Below are positions 52,640 through 64,000 of a DNA stretch of 64,000 bases, piece by piece; within the stretch, counting starts at the first letter, position 1, and every line of letters starts with the position of its first letter. Origin of the DNA: Haliotis rufescens (Eukaryota); contig NW_025964223.1 in the NCBI RefSeq assembly GCF_023055435.1, positions 40,052,001 to 40,116,000 on the forward strand, in the 5' to 3' direction. The notes under the pieces were generated by a model that did not search any database, was not told where the DNA came from, and saw only the letters and a program-made list of their open reading frames with translations. Position numbers and translations under genes: made by a program.

Positions 52640-53222
52640 TGTAAACCAGTTATTAGGCAATATGTTAATAAATGTTGGCAGTCAAATTGAGATACTCAAA
52701 CCACTTACAAGCTGCACAATATTCAACCACTGACAATATCAGTGTCGGTTGCCGTAGATGATGTTGCTTTACGCTGATGTCGTATAGGACATTCACAATT
52801 TTACTCATGCTTTCCTATGAAAGGGAGAAGATGCTCCCATGTGTATTCCCTGTCAATGTCAAGTTACCATGAAACACATACTTTAAGACTGTGTGGATTT
52901 AATATGTGCGACATATTTTAATGTTTCTACTTTGGAACAACTTTTTATTCAAGTTCATGGCCATACAATTGTAGCATTTGTGAAAGAAATTCGTCTTTAT
53001 GACAATGGACAATATTGTAGGTTTTAACCCAAATAGTCAAGTCTTTTCTATTTGTCAGCGATATATGACTGACATTTTATAAGATCTTTGATATCATACT
53101 TTTATGGATGTTTTTTTTTTTTATAAGCACGTGTTTGAAATTTTAACTGGTTCTCGCCGTATATGACTGGAGGATTGCTGATGCGGCGTAAAACAATATT
53201 TATTCATCCATTCATTCAATAA
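52640..53222 (+). mobile_element. LINE (I-group/Nimb-like) ORF2 C-terminal fragment with 3' tail
   Basis: Decayed frame ...CWQS...YKLHNIQP...CRIGHSQ...GEDAPMCIPCQCQVTMKHIL*DC; tail GATGCGGCGTAAAACAATA(TTCA)n. Confidence 0.75.
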
Positions 53223-53877
53223 AAAGAAAACTTAAGCTTCTCTCTTCTATGATTTGTGTAAGGAGAAATAATTTCAAAATGGCGGCCCGTTTTCGTTTAA
53301 TAGAAGTTGTTGACGACTATTGATGTCTCTTAAGTCGTAATATCAATATATTAGACTTATTAGTGATGACTTAAATATGTATTTTCAAATACTTATTAAT
53401 TTTCATTGATATAGATGTAGTTTTCACGATAATATTGAGTGGCGAGCAGATTCTATATTTGCACGGATTACTGAAAAATAAGTGTCACAGGCATACTGTC
53501 TATAATGCTCATGTCTTGCTGTCAATGATTATGGCTACTCCAAAGTCTATTGTACGATTTCGACTTCATCATACAATGTGTCTATGAATCACAACCAAAT
53601 AGTGATGAAACGAAAGGTCCTCTCCAAGCTTTGTGGCGTCAAGGTCACGTCTTAATCTTTATCATTATGGGCGTCGATTTAACTGATAGAGCATATCAGA
53701 TGTTGGTGACGTGTATTGGTTATCTCCCCTGCCTCGAATTGTCGGTGTGCCCTGGGTCTTGGCCGGGTGGTTTTCTGGACCCGTTAAACCTTATCTGTAA
53801 TGTCATGAGTCTTTCTGTAGGTGGTTCATTTTGACAAATACACCCCACACGAACAAAACTGCACATCTTAATCATTA

Positions 53878-56156
53878 CGAATAGCTGTGCAAGAGAATGA
53901 CCGTTTCGTTATGCTGAGAACTTGACATTGCTAACGGTTCGTTCCTCTCCATCAAGCTGGCTGGTAGTTCTGATAAAGGAGTACGTGAATTTGTACCAGA
54001 ACTCGAAGACGTCGATAACTCTTTTGGGTTCTCCTTGGTTAGTGAAAAGTGACCAGTTGTAATATGGATATTCTATGTTGGCTAACAGAAACACCCTGAG
54101 ACCGAGCTGGGTAAATCGGTGGGCATTGAAGTGATATATTGTCGCAAAATCTACTATCCCTGGAGGAGTATAAGTTCAAAAACTGACTTAAGTCTGAGTT
54201 TTTACTCAAATCTGAGAAAACTCAGCAAAATGCATTTCTCCAACCAAACTGAGTTCAATTTTCGACTCAAACTGAGTTCGAAACCACATAAAACTTAAGT
54301 AAGCCTACATGGTTACTTAAGTTTTTATTCGGACAAAAATGGCGATTGCTAATAGACGTAAGCGGAGATCGAGAAGGAGACAGGTTATTTCCAGGCGGCT
54401 TACCGATCGTGAAAACCCACTGGAATACATGTCGAACGATGATTTGTTCACGTTGTCAATGAGTAAAATTCGCTCTTCTGCAGTCCAATTCGGCCTCAGT
54501 TTGCTTTCAGCCATCGCGGATATGTTAGCAGACGACAAAACGTAACATCACGCGCTTCCGTGTTTACATTGGAAACGGAAGTCAAATCTCGCGCCAAGGC
54601 CGCTTACATCGCATAAAAAAACAAACTGAGATCGAACTTAAGTCCTGAGTTAAAAACTCAGCTGAGTTTTTGCTGAGTTTGATTCGAGAAATGCAGTTGA
54701 GTAAAAAGCTTTATCCGTACCAGTAGAATTGTGAGATTTTCCAGAAACAATAAGTGAGTTGTACGAATGAAAGGAAAACACGTCTAAATAGTATCTAAAA
54801 AGTATCGTCCATGAAAGTGGCCACTTTTTTCCAGTATCTAAAATTGTTTCTATCCTACGCTCCAGTTTCTCCATCAAGTGTAGGACCAGGAACTTTGATG
54901 TTAAATCTTGCATGGAGTTTCTCCGCAACTGATTTGTGGAACATGGCAACAGTTGTGAAATTCTGGATGTTAAATTTGGGGTCCGGTTCATTCATGGGTT
55001 CAATGTAGGGTGGGATCTGTCCGATGGTGAAGTCGTGAACTCCTTGCACCATCAACGTCATGAACACAGCAGCAGCATCGACGTTGTTGGGGAATTGACC
55101 TTCATGTTCAGACTGGTTCATCTAACTCGGATAGAACAAGCCTGAAAAATGAATTTGTTCGTAAACGAATATAAAAGAGATGGCTTTGAACACTTGATAT
55201 GATATGAATTTTGGTCTTGTTTGATGTTAAGAATGTGTGTCCTAATTAAGAATAAAGCATAATTGTCAAAGTCATAGTCACATCTTAGTTTCTTCTTCTG
55301 AATCACGTTTTACAGCTTAATAATGCTTATTCATCTTAATTGTCCTCCAAAAAGTATGATTATCAAAAAGCTTAACATCGGTACAATGCGCATTTCGACC
55401 TTCTTGTCTCATATTGTCCCGAATATGTTTGAGTGTAAACTGCAAAGGGTATAAAGTTGTATATCATTTTACACTTAGGACCATTTTGTGAACATTCGTC
55501 AATGCATATTGACACATATATTTATGTCAGCCAAAATATGGCATATATAGCTCTGGTTTTAAATGGTAATGACCTAAATTTTGATATCTTTTGTGACATT
55601 TTGGGCAATATTTGAAAGTTATTGGTGCTGTACCAGTCCTGTCTGTTCAGTAGTGAGATATAGTTACATATAGTTTATATAGAACATATAGCTTTTGTAA
55701 CAGGATGTGGAGACATTCTAAGAAGCAATCGTGGTTTTTTACTGAAGTTGGTGAATCTGAGTTTAACCTGAACAGCAAATGATCCTCCTATTCGTGGAAC
55801 AGATAACGGTTATAAATGAACAGATTCCATTACAGTATCATCGTCACTTGAATTTCAACCTCTTAAGGTCCAGTGCCTCGCTGAAGTCGTGACAACAAAG
55901 TAAGTTATATCAAGTAAGGCGTTTGAGATGATCTCACATCTTCGAAGAGACGATGATTGAGGTCATTGTCATACCACCGCCCGCCGTCAGTCCGAAGTCT
56001 CCGGCGGTTGGACCCCTGATCCAGGCCGTTGTGCTTGTTCAACCTCTGTCATAGCGAGCACTACCTCCCTGCGCCAACCGTTGATGGTGGATCGCCACCG
56101 TCGTGTCACTGTATACACTGCCTATTGACAGCAAAAGAGACCAGTGCCCATTCCAT
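53878..56156 (-). pseudogene. GH86-like pseudogene, copy 7: frameshifted exon 1 (55938-56156), exon 2 absent, exon 3 (55141-54719 and 54170-53878) with stops, Harbinger insertion and 3' truncation
   Basis: MEWALVSF then deletion/frameshift; W>TAG at the exon 3 start; TAG at 54855; EPMNEPD retained but the segment carrying ISEYG is lost; sequence ends at LHSYS and is fused to the intergenic block. Confidence 0.9.
54171..54718. mobile_element. Internally deleted PIF/Harbinger transposon
   Basis: Plus strand MAIANRRKRRSRRRQVISRRLTDRENPLEYMSNDDLF (Harbinger transposase-like N-terminus) converges on minus strand MAESKLRPNWTAEERILLIDNV (Myb/SANT-like N-terminus); subterminal AACTCAG/CTGAGTT and TGCATTTCTC/GAGAAATGCA inverted repeats at both ends. 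Confidence 0.75.
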
Positions 56157-57429
56157 TTTCAATATACAGTTAAGGCTTATTAAAATGATTACTGGATTGT
56201 GACTGTCGACTGGCGAAAGAACCTTGTCGTTAAGTTTGAAAAGGACTCAGAAAACATCTTTACATGTGTGATATCGGTCATCATCATCATCAGCATCCGG
56301 TTTTACGTATCTGGCTATAATTATATCAATAAGCACCATGTACATCCAGTTGTTCAAACGAGCGTGTACTTTCGCAAATGAAACATAAAACCAGACAACA
56401 GAGACGTAACGATACCTGTGAAACTTCTGTTTATGGATAACAAATTCTACGATGTTTCGGGGTTACATATTGACTCATCATTGGGTGAATATTTGAATGT
56501 GAATTATTATTTTATGTTATTATATATTTACATGCTGATATGAAAAATCATTGTAAGTCCCCATGATCTCCAATAAGGTGGTCTACCTTTGGTTGCTGGT
56601 GGTCTATAGCCCAGTGTTAATTTCTACAAACTAGTCTACTGAAAACTTATTTAAGTGCGATCTGGTTTGTTTTATACCAAAAAATGAGATACTTGCCTTG
56701 GTGTTTTACTGTCCTTTTGTCGACAGGTATTTAATAATAATTAGGATTATAGTTCTCATCGCAATATGGCTGCAATATTGCCGATGCGATGTAACATTGT
56801 AACTCACTCATTCACTCATTTATTCGGGGTAGGATTAAGGTACAAAGATAACAATGTATACGCTTACTTTGTGCACCTGATGAAGGCGTAAGGCGTAGCC
56901 CTGCAACGTCGTTAATACAGGTAATAGAAGTTGTTGTTTACAAAAAAAGTTTGTGTCTTCGTTTTCTGCTTACTTCAATATGCCTACATGCGGAACGTGA
57001 CCTGTAACCATGGTAACGAACCATTCATTAAACACAACACATCAGCAACTCGCGTGATTGAAAAAAAGATTATTTTATCCTTTTGGGTCCAAATAGACAC
57101 AACAGCCATTCTGCGTACTCTCATATAATAATGCCAATTGGATTTCAGTTATTTCATTTTGAGTCGAGCCGTTAATTCTTGACAATGTCATAGGCTATAC
57201 AGTTTGGCTTGTACCTTACATTTTATGAAATCTTCTTATCGTACGTTGTCCGACAAAAAGAATACCAGAATTCGCCACGTACGTTTCTTAGGACCAGATG
57301 GCATCCAGTTATTTTTCGACTTGTTTTATCTCTCGATATAGACTTATCTGCAAAAGAAAAACATATATGGGTTTCAAGAGATTTTTTCCGTGACTTTTAC
57401 AAGGCCATGTGTGTGGTACTTTAACGGAG

Positions 57430-57790
57430 AGGTTTTTCTACGAAGATTTCATAAGACACTTGGTCAAAAAATCATCCACTGTCTCAGTGACGGTTTCACA
57501 GCGTTTTATAGTAGACATGTGGAGGGCATTTCCAATTTTGACTCACCAGTGACAAAAAATTATGTCTGATACACTTCTCTACTTTCACGTGTACTTGGTT
57601 TCTTTCGGGTGAACAACTGACTTGCCTTAGCATGTGTTTGTGACGGATGCCACAGGTGGGACAGAATACGATGACGCTTTCGCGCACACCTGGAATCATC
57701 ACTATTTGATAGAAATCATTTCCACATGCTCATGATATAGTCGGAATCGTAAAACGACTCTGCTTTTAGCAGAGATTTCTTATGAATGTG
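57430..57790 (+). mobile_element. Penelope-like element 3' fragment
   Basis: Homologous to 14510-14900 (agacatgt...aaattatgtctgat...gtgacggatgccac...aatcgtaaaacgactctgcttttagcaga). Confidence 0.65.
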
Positions 57791-58249
57791 GAAAGGGTTC
57801 TGTAGCTCTTATCTGCATGTGCCGGTTACGGCACTCCCCGTGGGGAGTAGAATGTGTCCCCAGCACCCCATTGCTGGTCGTAAAAGGCGACCGAATTGGC
57901 ATCCCGTTGGCCCTGGGTTGTGCCCCAGTGGTGGTTGAGGGCATAGGTTCCAGGAATAGTGTTCCTGTGCCAAATACACCACTTCGACTCTTAATTCGCC
58001 GAGACGGGTGGTAGGATGGGCCCGGTCCAACAATCGACTGGTCATGCCAAGCCCTGTGCGTTATCTGTTTATGCAAGGATTTCACCCAATTTCGTCCTTA
58101 TTTTGCAAATTTTCTTCTTCTGAAATTGTTCTGAAACCAAATATGTTTGTTTGAATGTTGAATTATTTGCAGTATTTGCCAAGAGTTTCATGGGCCAATC
58201 TAGTGGTACGTCAGTTATGTTTCTGCTTGAGTATGCCCTCGGTGTAGGC

Positions 58250-59885
58250 TTGGTACCGACTGCTGGAGACCCACAGGCATTTACGTTATCATACAGATGA
58301 CACTGATGATGAGGAAGATATGATCACCAGACTATGCTATCCAGAACGTGAAACCTGGCCTCGGTTCATCGTTGCTGAATCTAATGAAAATCCAATGACT
58401 TCTTGTTCTACTTTTTAGAAAAAAGCAATCAAAGGTATCGCTGGAACTTTAAAGAATGTCACGAAAATTAGATATGGTGCTGTTCTTAAATCTTATCGAA
58501 GCAACCTGCTAACCACCTAAATTTCTGAACTTCAGCAAAGGAATTATCGATGACAGAGATAAGAGTCTTGCTGATCTCTCAACGTTGTGAGTCAATTACG
58601 TATGCAGGGTGTAGTTGAGGCTGAGCGTTTCAACTTAAGAAGGAATGAGTCTATTCACTTTCCAACACATGCCTGCTTAAGATTAATGTTCCAATGTTAC
58701 ATCAAACAATTAAAGTAGGTTGCTCCTCTTTGAGAATTGACAAGTATGTTTCCAATCATCTCAGATGCTTTAATTGCCAGACACTTGGCCATGGACAGAA
58801 AACATGTAACAATCATGCTGCTTGCTATCGTTGAGGCAGCGAAGATCATGATAGCAGCACATGAAAATCTGAACTTAAATGTGTTCATTGCTCTGGTTCA
58901 CACATGTCCTCATGATCATCAAAACAATGCCAAGTTTGGTCATTTGAAATGACCACTCAATAAAACCGATACAAAAGGATACAGATACCCTATATCCATT
59001 TTCAATAGATTTGGTATTTTAGATTACATGAAATAACTTTATGCTGATCATATATACCTCAATCATCTCTCTTCAAATGGGTATCAGCGGCGGTCGGGTA
59101 GCCTGGTGGTTAAAGCGTTCGATCGTAACGCCGAAGACCCGGATTCGATCCCCGACATGGGTACAATTGGTGAAGCCCATTTCTGGTGTCCCCCGCCGGG
59201 ATATTGCTGGAATATTGCTAAAAGCGGCGTAAAACCACACTCACTCACTCAAATGGGGATCTGGATATGTCCATTGACTTAAATGGTCACAATCCCTTAT
59301 GGGGTTCATCTCATCAGAATGATAAGGAGAAAAGTGCTAGAATAATTGCTTGATAAGCATAGCCTATGCTTTCTTCATGATGGAAGTAGCACCTACCGCC
59401 ATCCAGCAACAGGTACGTACTCTGCTTTGGGTTTGTCTGTTTCTGACCCATCTCTCTTTAATGAATTTTCTTGTTCAGTTCATGGTGATTTGTGCGGCAG
59501 CGATCACTTTCCTACCGGACTTAAAGCTATCTCTCACTTTGTGGATAGTTCTATTTCCAATGGCAATTTTCCAAGGCTGATTTGCCTGTCTTTTCGTACT
59601 TTGTTTAGTAATCGATTGAACACTGATCATTTAAAAAATGATCTTGACCATTGAAATTGTTTTCTGATACCTTAATAAACATTGCCACTGAAACAATCTC
59701 AAAGACATCGTAAACTCCACGTGTTAGTATGACTGCCAAAAAGCTACAACAAAAACAGGAAATAGCTTTCAATAAACATCAGACTCAAGAAAACCTTAAG
59801 CACTTAAGGATATCAAGAGTAAAGTCTCGTAGAACAATTAAACAAATAAAATGTAGCAGCTGCAGACATTTTGTTTGCAAATTGA
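58250..59885 (+). mobile_element. Degenerate I-group/Nimb-like LINE: ORF1 with zinc knuckles and ORF2 APE endonuclease fragment, interrupted by a SINE
   Basis: TWPRFIVAES...AIKGIAGTLKNVTKIR; CFNCQTLGHGQKTC; KCVHCSGSH; DLNGHNPLWGS; GSSTYRHPATGTYSAL...DLCGSDHFP. Confidence 0.8.
59088..59250 (+). mobile_element. tRNA-derived SINE, family A, nested in the LINE
   Basis: GGCGGTCGGGTAGCCTGGTGGTTAAAGCG...GAAGCCCATTTCTGGTGTCCC...GCGGCGTAAAACCACACTCACTCACTC; flanked by the repeat CAAATGGG. Confidence 0.85.
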
Positions 59886-60151
59886 GAGAGAGAGAGATCC
59901 CACAGTGTCGTAATAAACACAAAACTTATGTTACCGATGTTTTAGATACACTAAAGTATGTTTGCTAATTTTTTTAACTTTAATGATTTCACAAAACTGA
60001 AGTTATTGTTGACACAATTACAATATTTAACATATAATTTTACCAAAGTTAATCACTGTGGTTCGCTCCGGATTAAATTGATCCGGTATAAACTAATGCA
60101 TGTTTTCCGGATTTCAAGGAAGTCGGATTCCATTTCCGGCTACAAACAAAC

Positions 60152-63100
60152 ATGGCGGCACCGAAACGACCGTGGGATCCTTGGAAAGTGTTTGATGTTA
60201 GTGCAGATGAATTGAAAGCTGTGCAAGAAAGAGCAAAGATGCGGTCTGCATTAAAAGCGGAATTTCAAAAGAAAGTCACAAACCCCCACCAAGGTGCAAA
60301 CAATGGAGGATTTATGGTTTGTATCTTTGTATGACCTTCAGCACTCAGTCTTACCGTTCGTTCACAACACGGCCTTCCCGGCATTTGTTATCAGCGAGAG
60401 AGTGATGCGTCACAGGGCTAATGCTCCTAATACAGTAACAGTGTTTATAAAGTTCCCCGAGTTTAGTCATGCTGTAGTACTGCTACCAGGGCTAAACGCT
60501 CGTCTATAAAATAACTTGCTGTCGGTGTCCTGGTCACTTCGACGGGCAGATTTTTCTTACTTCATAACCTAATTAGTCATTGCTCATGTCCCTTATTTTC
60601 AAGTCCTTGACAATGTTAACACACCTACGCTGTAAGCAAATGGTCATGTTATTGTCTTTATGTTGCTAAAATTGGTCAGATGTCGGTGATAGAAACTTAA
60701 CATAAAAAGTCCACTAGTCCTTATTTGTTTAAAATCTAAACATGCTAAACAACATTAGGATACACACATCTAGTGATAGAAATTGGCACTAGTACTCAAG
60801 TCCTCGACAAAAGCCCTAATAGTTAAGGTATCACAAGGACAAGTAGAAAATTGCCATTTTCAGAGATATTCATAAGCTGATTTTACCTGACATATTTGCA
60901 CAAGTTTATCAAGATACTCAACCTGTCAATGGTCTGACACATATTTCACATCATATCTGGCTAAAACGCTGACATGCCATGACAGCCCCACATTTTGCTG
61001 GCAGAAAACACCCCATTTGTCGCTGTCCAAAATGCCTTTGCACAGACTCACTCAAAATAACAACAAACAAAACATAGCAAATTGTGTGTTTACCAGTGCT
61101 TAATAAAAGTCTAATCCCGCGCCAGGTTTCAACAACTTATTTCTTCAACTTGATTCTATGTATTTTCATATTAAAATTTGGTATCCTCTGTGCTCTTCTT
61201 GCTCCTATGATCATAATGATTATATGAAAATAGTCAGTTATCATGGTTATAATATCTCAGCCATGTTTACTAATTTTCAGGTGCACAAAATTTTTGAAAA
61301 AGCAATTATACTGCGAGAACTGCCGAAGGCATAGTAGCCTATGACTAGAATTATGCACGATTCAGAGATTTATTCAACATGTTAAAATATAACATCATCT
61401 CATGTAGGAAAGGAGTTATGTAACACTCTGTGGAAGATAAGGCCGACAGAGTACATGGAGTATGTGTACATGTATTTTGTAAAGCATATCACTTAACTAA
61501 TAGTTAAAGTGTCATTCTCAGAGCTCCAGATAAGCTTTTGGTGTAGTGGGTATTTTACCCATGCATTTTAAAATTATTGGGTATCAGTAATTCTATCTGG
61601 GTATTAAAATTTCTGTTACCCACTAGTTTTTACACATGTGGGTATTTAAGTTAAATATTTAAAAACACTATTCATCTAGTCCCTGCAAACTGGTGTTGTG
61701 TGGGTTCGAGAGCTTTATAGGACTCAAAAATACTGCGATACTTCCACAAGAAAGTGGGATGGCAAATGATCATGATGTAACTGTCATCGTGGAGTTTGGC
61801 AAGGTTGACGTAATGTCCGTATATAATTTCAACATAAGTTGCTGATTTGCTAATCAAATACGCAGGGTTACTTCCCAATATTTTGATGATACGCGCAAGT
61901 TTTATTTTTGTAGCATATCTGTAATGTTCGTTGCGTATTTGATACGCTTGAATTTTATTTCTGATGCATATTTTACGCAGATACTCAGCTTATCTGGAGC
62001 TCTGCATTCTGGATAAAAATGATGTGTCTTGTGGTTCTGTTTCAGTTTGATCCTGCTATACAACGGTTCATGTCGATGAGGTCATCCCAGGTTGATTACT
62101 TCAAGGCTTCACCTAAGACTGTGTGGCAGGGCTTTGCTTTCGTCATATTGCCAGTAGCCATTTTCTCATATCTGACTATTTCAGGAAGGGTAAGTGTTCA
62201 CCTTAATGTAAGATGATGCTCTCTGTAGGGCTGGCAAAAAAGATTGATAATCGGAATTATCATCGATGGGGAGAAATATTAGCAATTGTCGATATGAAAA
62301 TTGTGTCATCAATAATACCTTACATAAATGTTTATTGCTGAAGATGGAAAGTAACTGTTTTTGTTATATCTCAAATGTCCACTAAGAAGTCCCTGAATAA
62401 ATATTCCACCACTCACCAGTAGATTAAAATATTATCTGTATCTCTCTCCCATAAAACAGCGGAAGATCAAGCAGAAAAAGCAATACATATGTTTCAGTAA
62501 AGATAACAAATGTGGAAACTTAACAAGGGGATAATATGTCTTCTGGTGGAAATAAACATAAAAACCAACAAGGGAAGCCAACAGTTAATTGTCGCTGAAA
62601 ACTACAAGAAGCCATTGACATCAGGAGGCACCAGCAAGCCATGAACGAAGAAACCTATCTGCTTTGATTATTGTCTGTGCTGGTTAATCAGCTGGTTTCC
62701 ATTTGTCCATTGCTATTACCTATTTGTGCTAATTACCTACAGCCTCCTGTTTGCCCATTACCTATTACCAGTCATTTGACTATGGGGTGGGGTTATGCAT
62801 TAGGAACAAAAGTTTTTTTTATAGCTTGTTAAATTTTGGGTAGGGGAGGTAACTCTGGTCAGTTAAGGGATTTAGATATCCAGTACCTTGTTTCTCTGGA
62901 CAATATTGGAGAAAATGCAGGTGTCCAGATAAACAAGGTTTGTATCATGTGTTTGCACACATAGCATCTCGAACCAGTAATTACTGTTATACCACCATGA
63001 GTATAATAATTGTTATCGTGTTAATGTACTGACACCAGGGATGTATCTGCAGGCTCATCAGCCGATATTTGGCACCACACCAAGTGTGCTGCAGATGTCA

Positions 63101-63696
63101 GAACAAATTCCAAAATTGGGATTAAAATTGTCCACACTCCTGTTATTAGAGTTATAACAAACATGACTACTGTTTATTTTTATATCATTGCATTGAATGC
63201 AGTGTTAAAATACAATGTTGTTTAATCTGAGTTTGGAACGTAAAAAAATGTTTTTCCCCAATTTAGGGGGCTGGGGGCTGGGGGCTGGGATGTTGTCTGG
63301 ATTAGATAGTTTTTCATTACAGTGGCAAAACCTGAGATATATATTTTAAATTAAAACTATGAACCTGAATATATTTTTAAGAAAAAACACCACATTTTTT
63401 GTGGCTGCCAGTTATTTCAAGAACTTTCTTGGACAATTTCTGTGTGTGTGTGTGTGTGTGGGATGGGGGGGGGGGGGGGGGGGTTAAAATCTACCTCATC
63501 CCCTCCTCCCTCCCTCTCTGAATATCAAATGGTCAGTCCCTTGGCTTGTAGTCCTAGCTATATCCTAGTGTCACTGTGTTGTGATTTAACAGCTCATTTC
63601 ATGTTGCTGCTTCCACTGTTTCAGAGGGAGAGAGAGAAGAAGTATCGTGCTGGTGAGATCAGTTACAAGGACAGAACGTGGAAGTTCATGTATTAA
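60152..63696 (+). CDS. NDUFB4: NADH dehydrogenase [ubiquinone] 1 beta subcomplex subunit 4 (B15); exons 60152-60316, 62046-62189, 63625-63696; 126 aa
   Basis: Spliced protein ...ERAKMRSALKAEFQKKVTNPH...FDPAIQRFMSMR...DYFKASPKT...TM helix...REREKKYRAGEISYKDRTWKFMY; all phase-0 GT-AG introns; AATAAA at about 63817. Confidence 0.92.
61519..62004. mobile_element. MITE with perfect 18-bp TIRs and 6-bp TSD in NDUFB4 intron 1
   Basis: CAGAGCTCCAGATAAGCT at 61519 and AGCTTATCTGGAGCTCTG ending 62004; CATTCT directly flanks both ends. Confidence 0.88.
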
Positions 63697-64000
63697 TGAC
63701 ACTATCTAGATAAATAATGGGGAACAGCTTGGGAACTTTATTCACCTTGGATCCCTCAATGGTCGAGGACAAGTCATTATCCTGGATAACGTTGCCATAG
63801 TGTGTGTAAATTCAGGAATAAATACGTTGTGTGACATATGGAGCTTGTTGTCCTCATCTATCATCTGTCTTTTTCTCATCTGGACCAAGCATCCAAGTTA
63901 GCTTACTACATGACATGCTTGCCGCCATTGGCCTGCATGTCATCTGTCTTTCAACTTACGACTACAACATGCCTCGTTGGAAGGATCTCAAAATGTAACT

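Noticed and set aside
358-56156. Bacterial contig or polysaccharide utilisation locus contamination
   Set aside because: Genes have conserved GT-AG introns filled with animal repeats, there are no susC/susD or operon partners, and the sequence is contiguous with NDUFB4.

Overview
AT-rich animal genomic DNA with spliceosomal GT-AG introns, tRNA-derived SINEs with (ACTC)n tails, LINE/Penelope/Tc1/Harbinger debris and two N-gaps. The repeat content and gene biology suggest a marine gastropod such as abalone (Haliotis), but this is inference. About 56 kb is a minus-strand tandem array of secreted, intron-containing glycoside hydrolase genes. Their proteins resemble bacterial GH86 beta-porphyranase/beta-agarase (clan GH-A): signal peptide, EDPNRSGYPDP, EPxNEP acid/base, FSFHSY, PLxISEYG nucleophile and a C-terminal beta-sandwich ending GxVSSxxL. 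There are seven recognisable copies built on one three-exon plan (about 240/139/1480 bp, intron phases 0 and 1): four intact (copies 2-5), one with a 1-bp frameshift (copy 1), one lacking its ATG (copy 6) and one clear pseudogene disrupted by a Harbinger element (copy 7). About five further orphan exon relics are present. The array abuts a normal three-exon NDUFB4 gene on the + strand, which anchors it in the host genome. The best reading is a bacterial red-algal galactanase acquired horizontally, intronised and amplified by birth-and-death evolution with mosaic copies and variable active-site loops. Family assignments come from motif recognition, not database searches.
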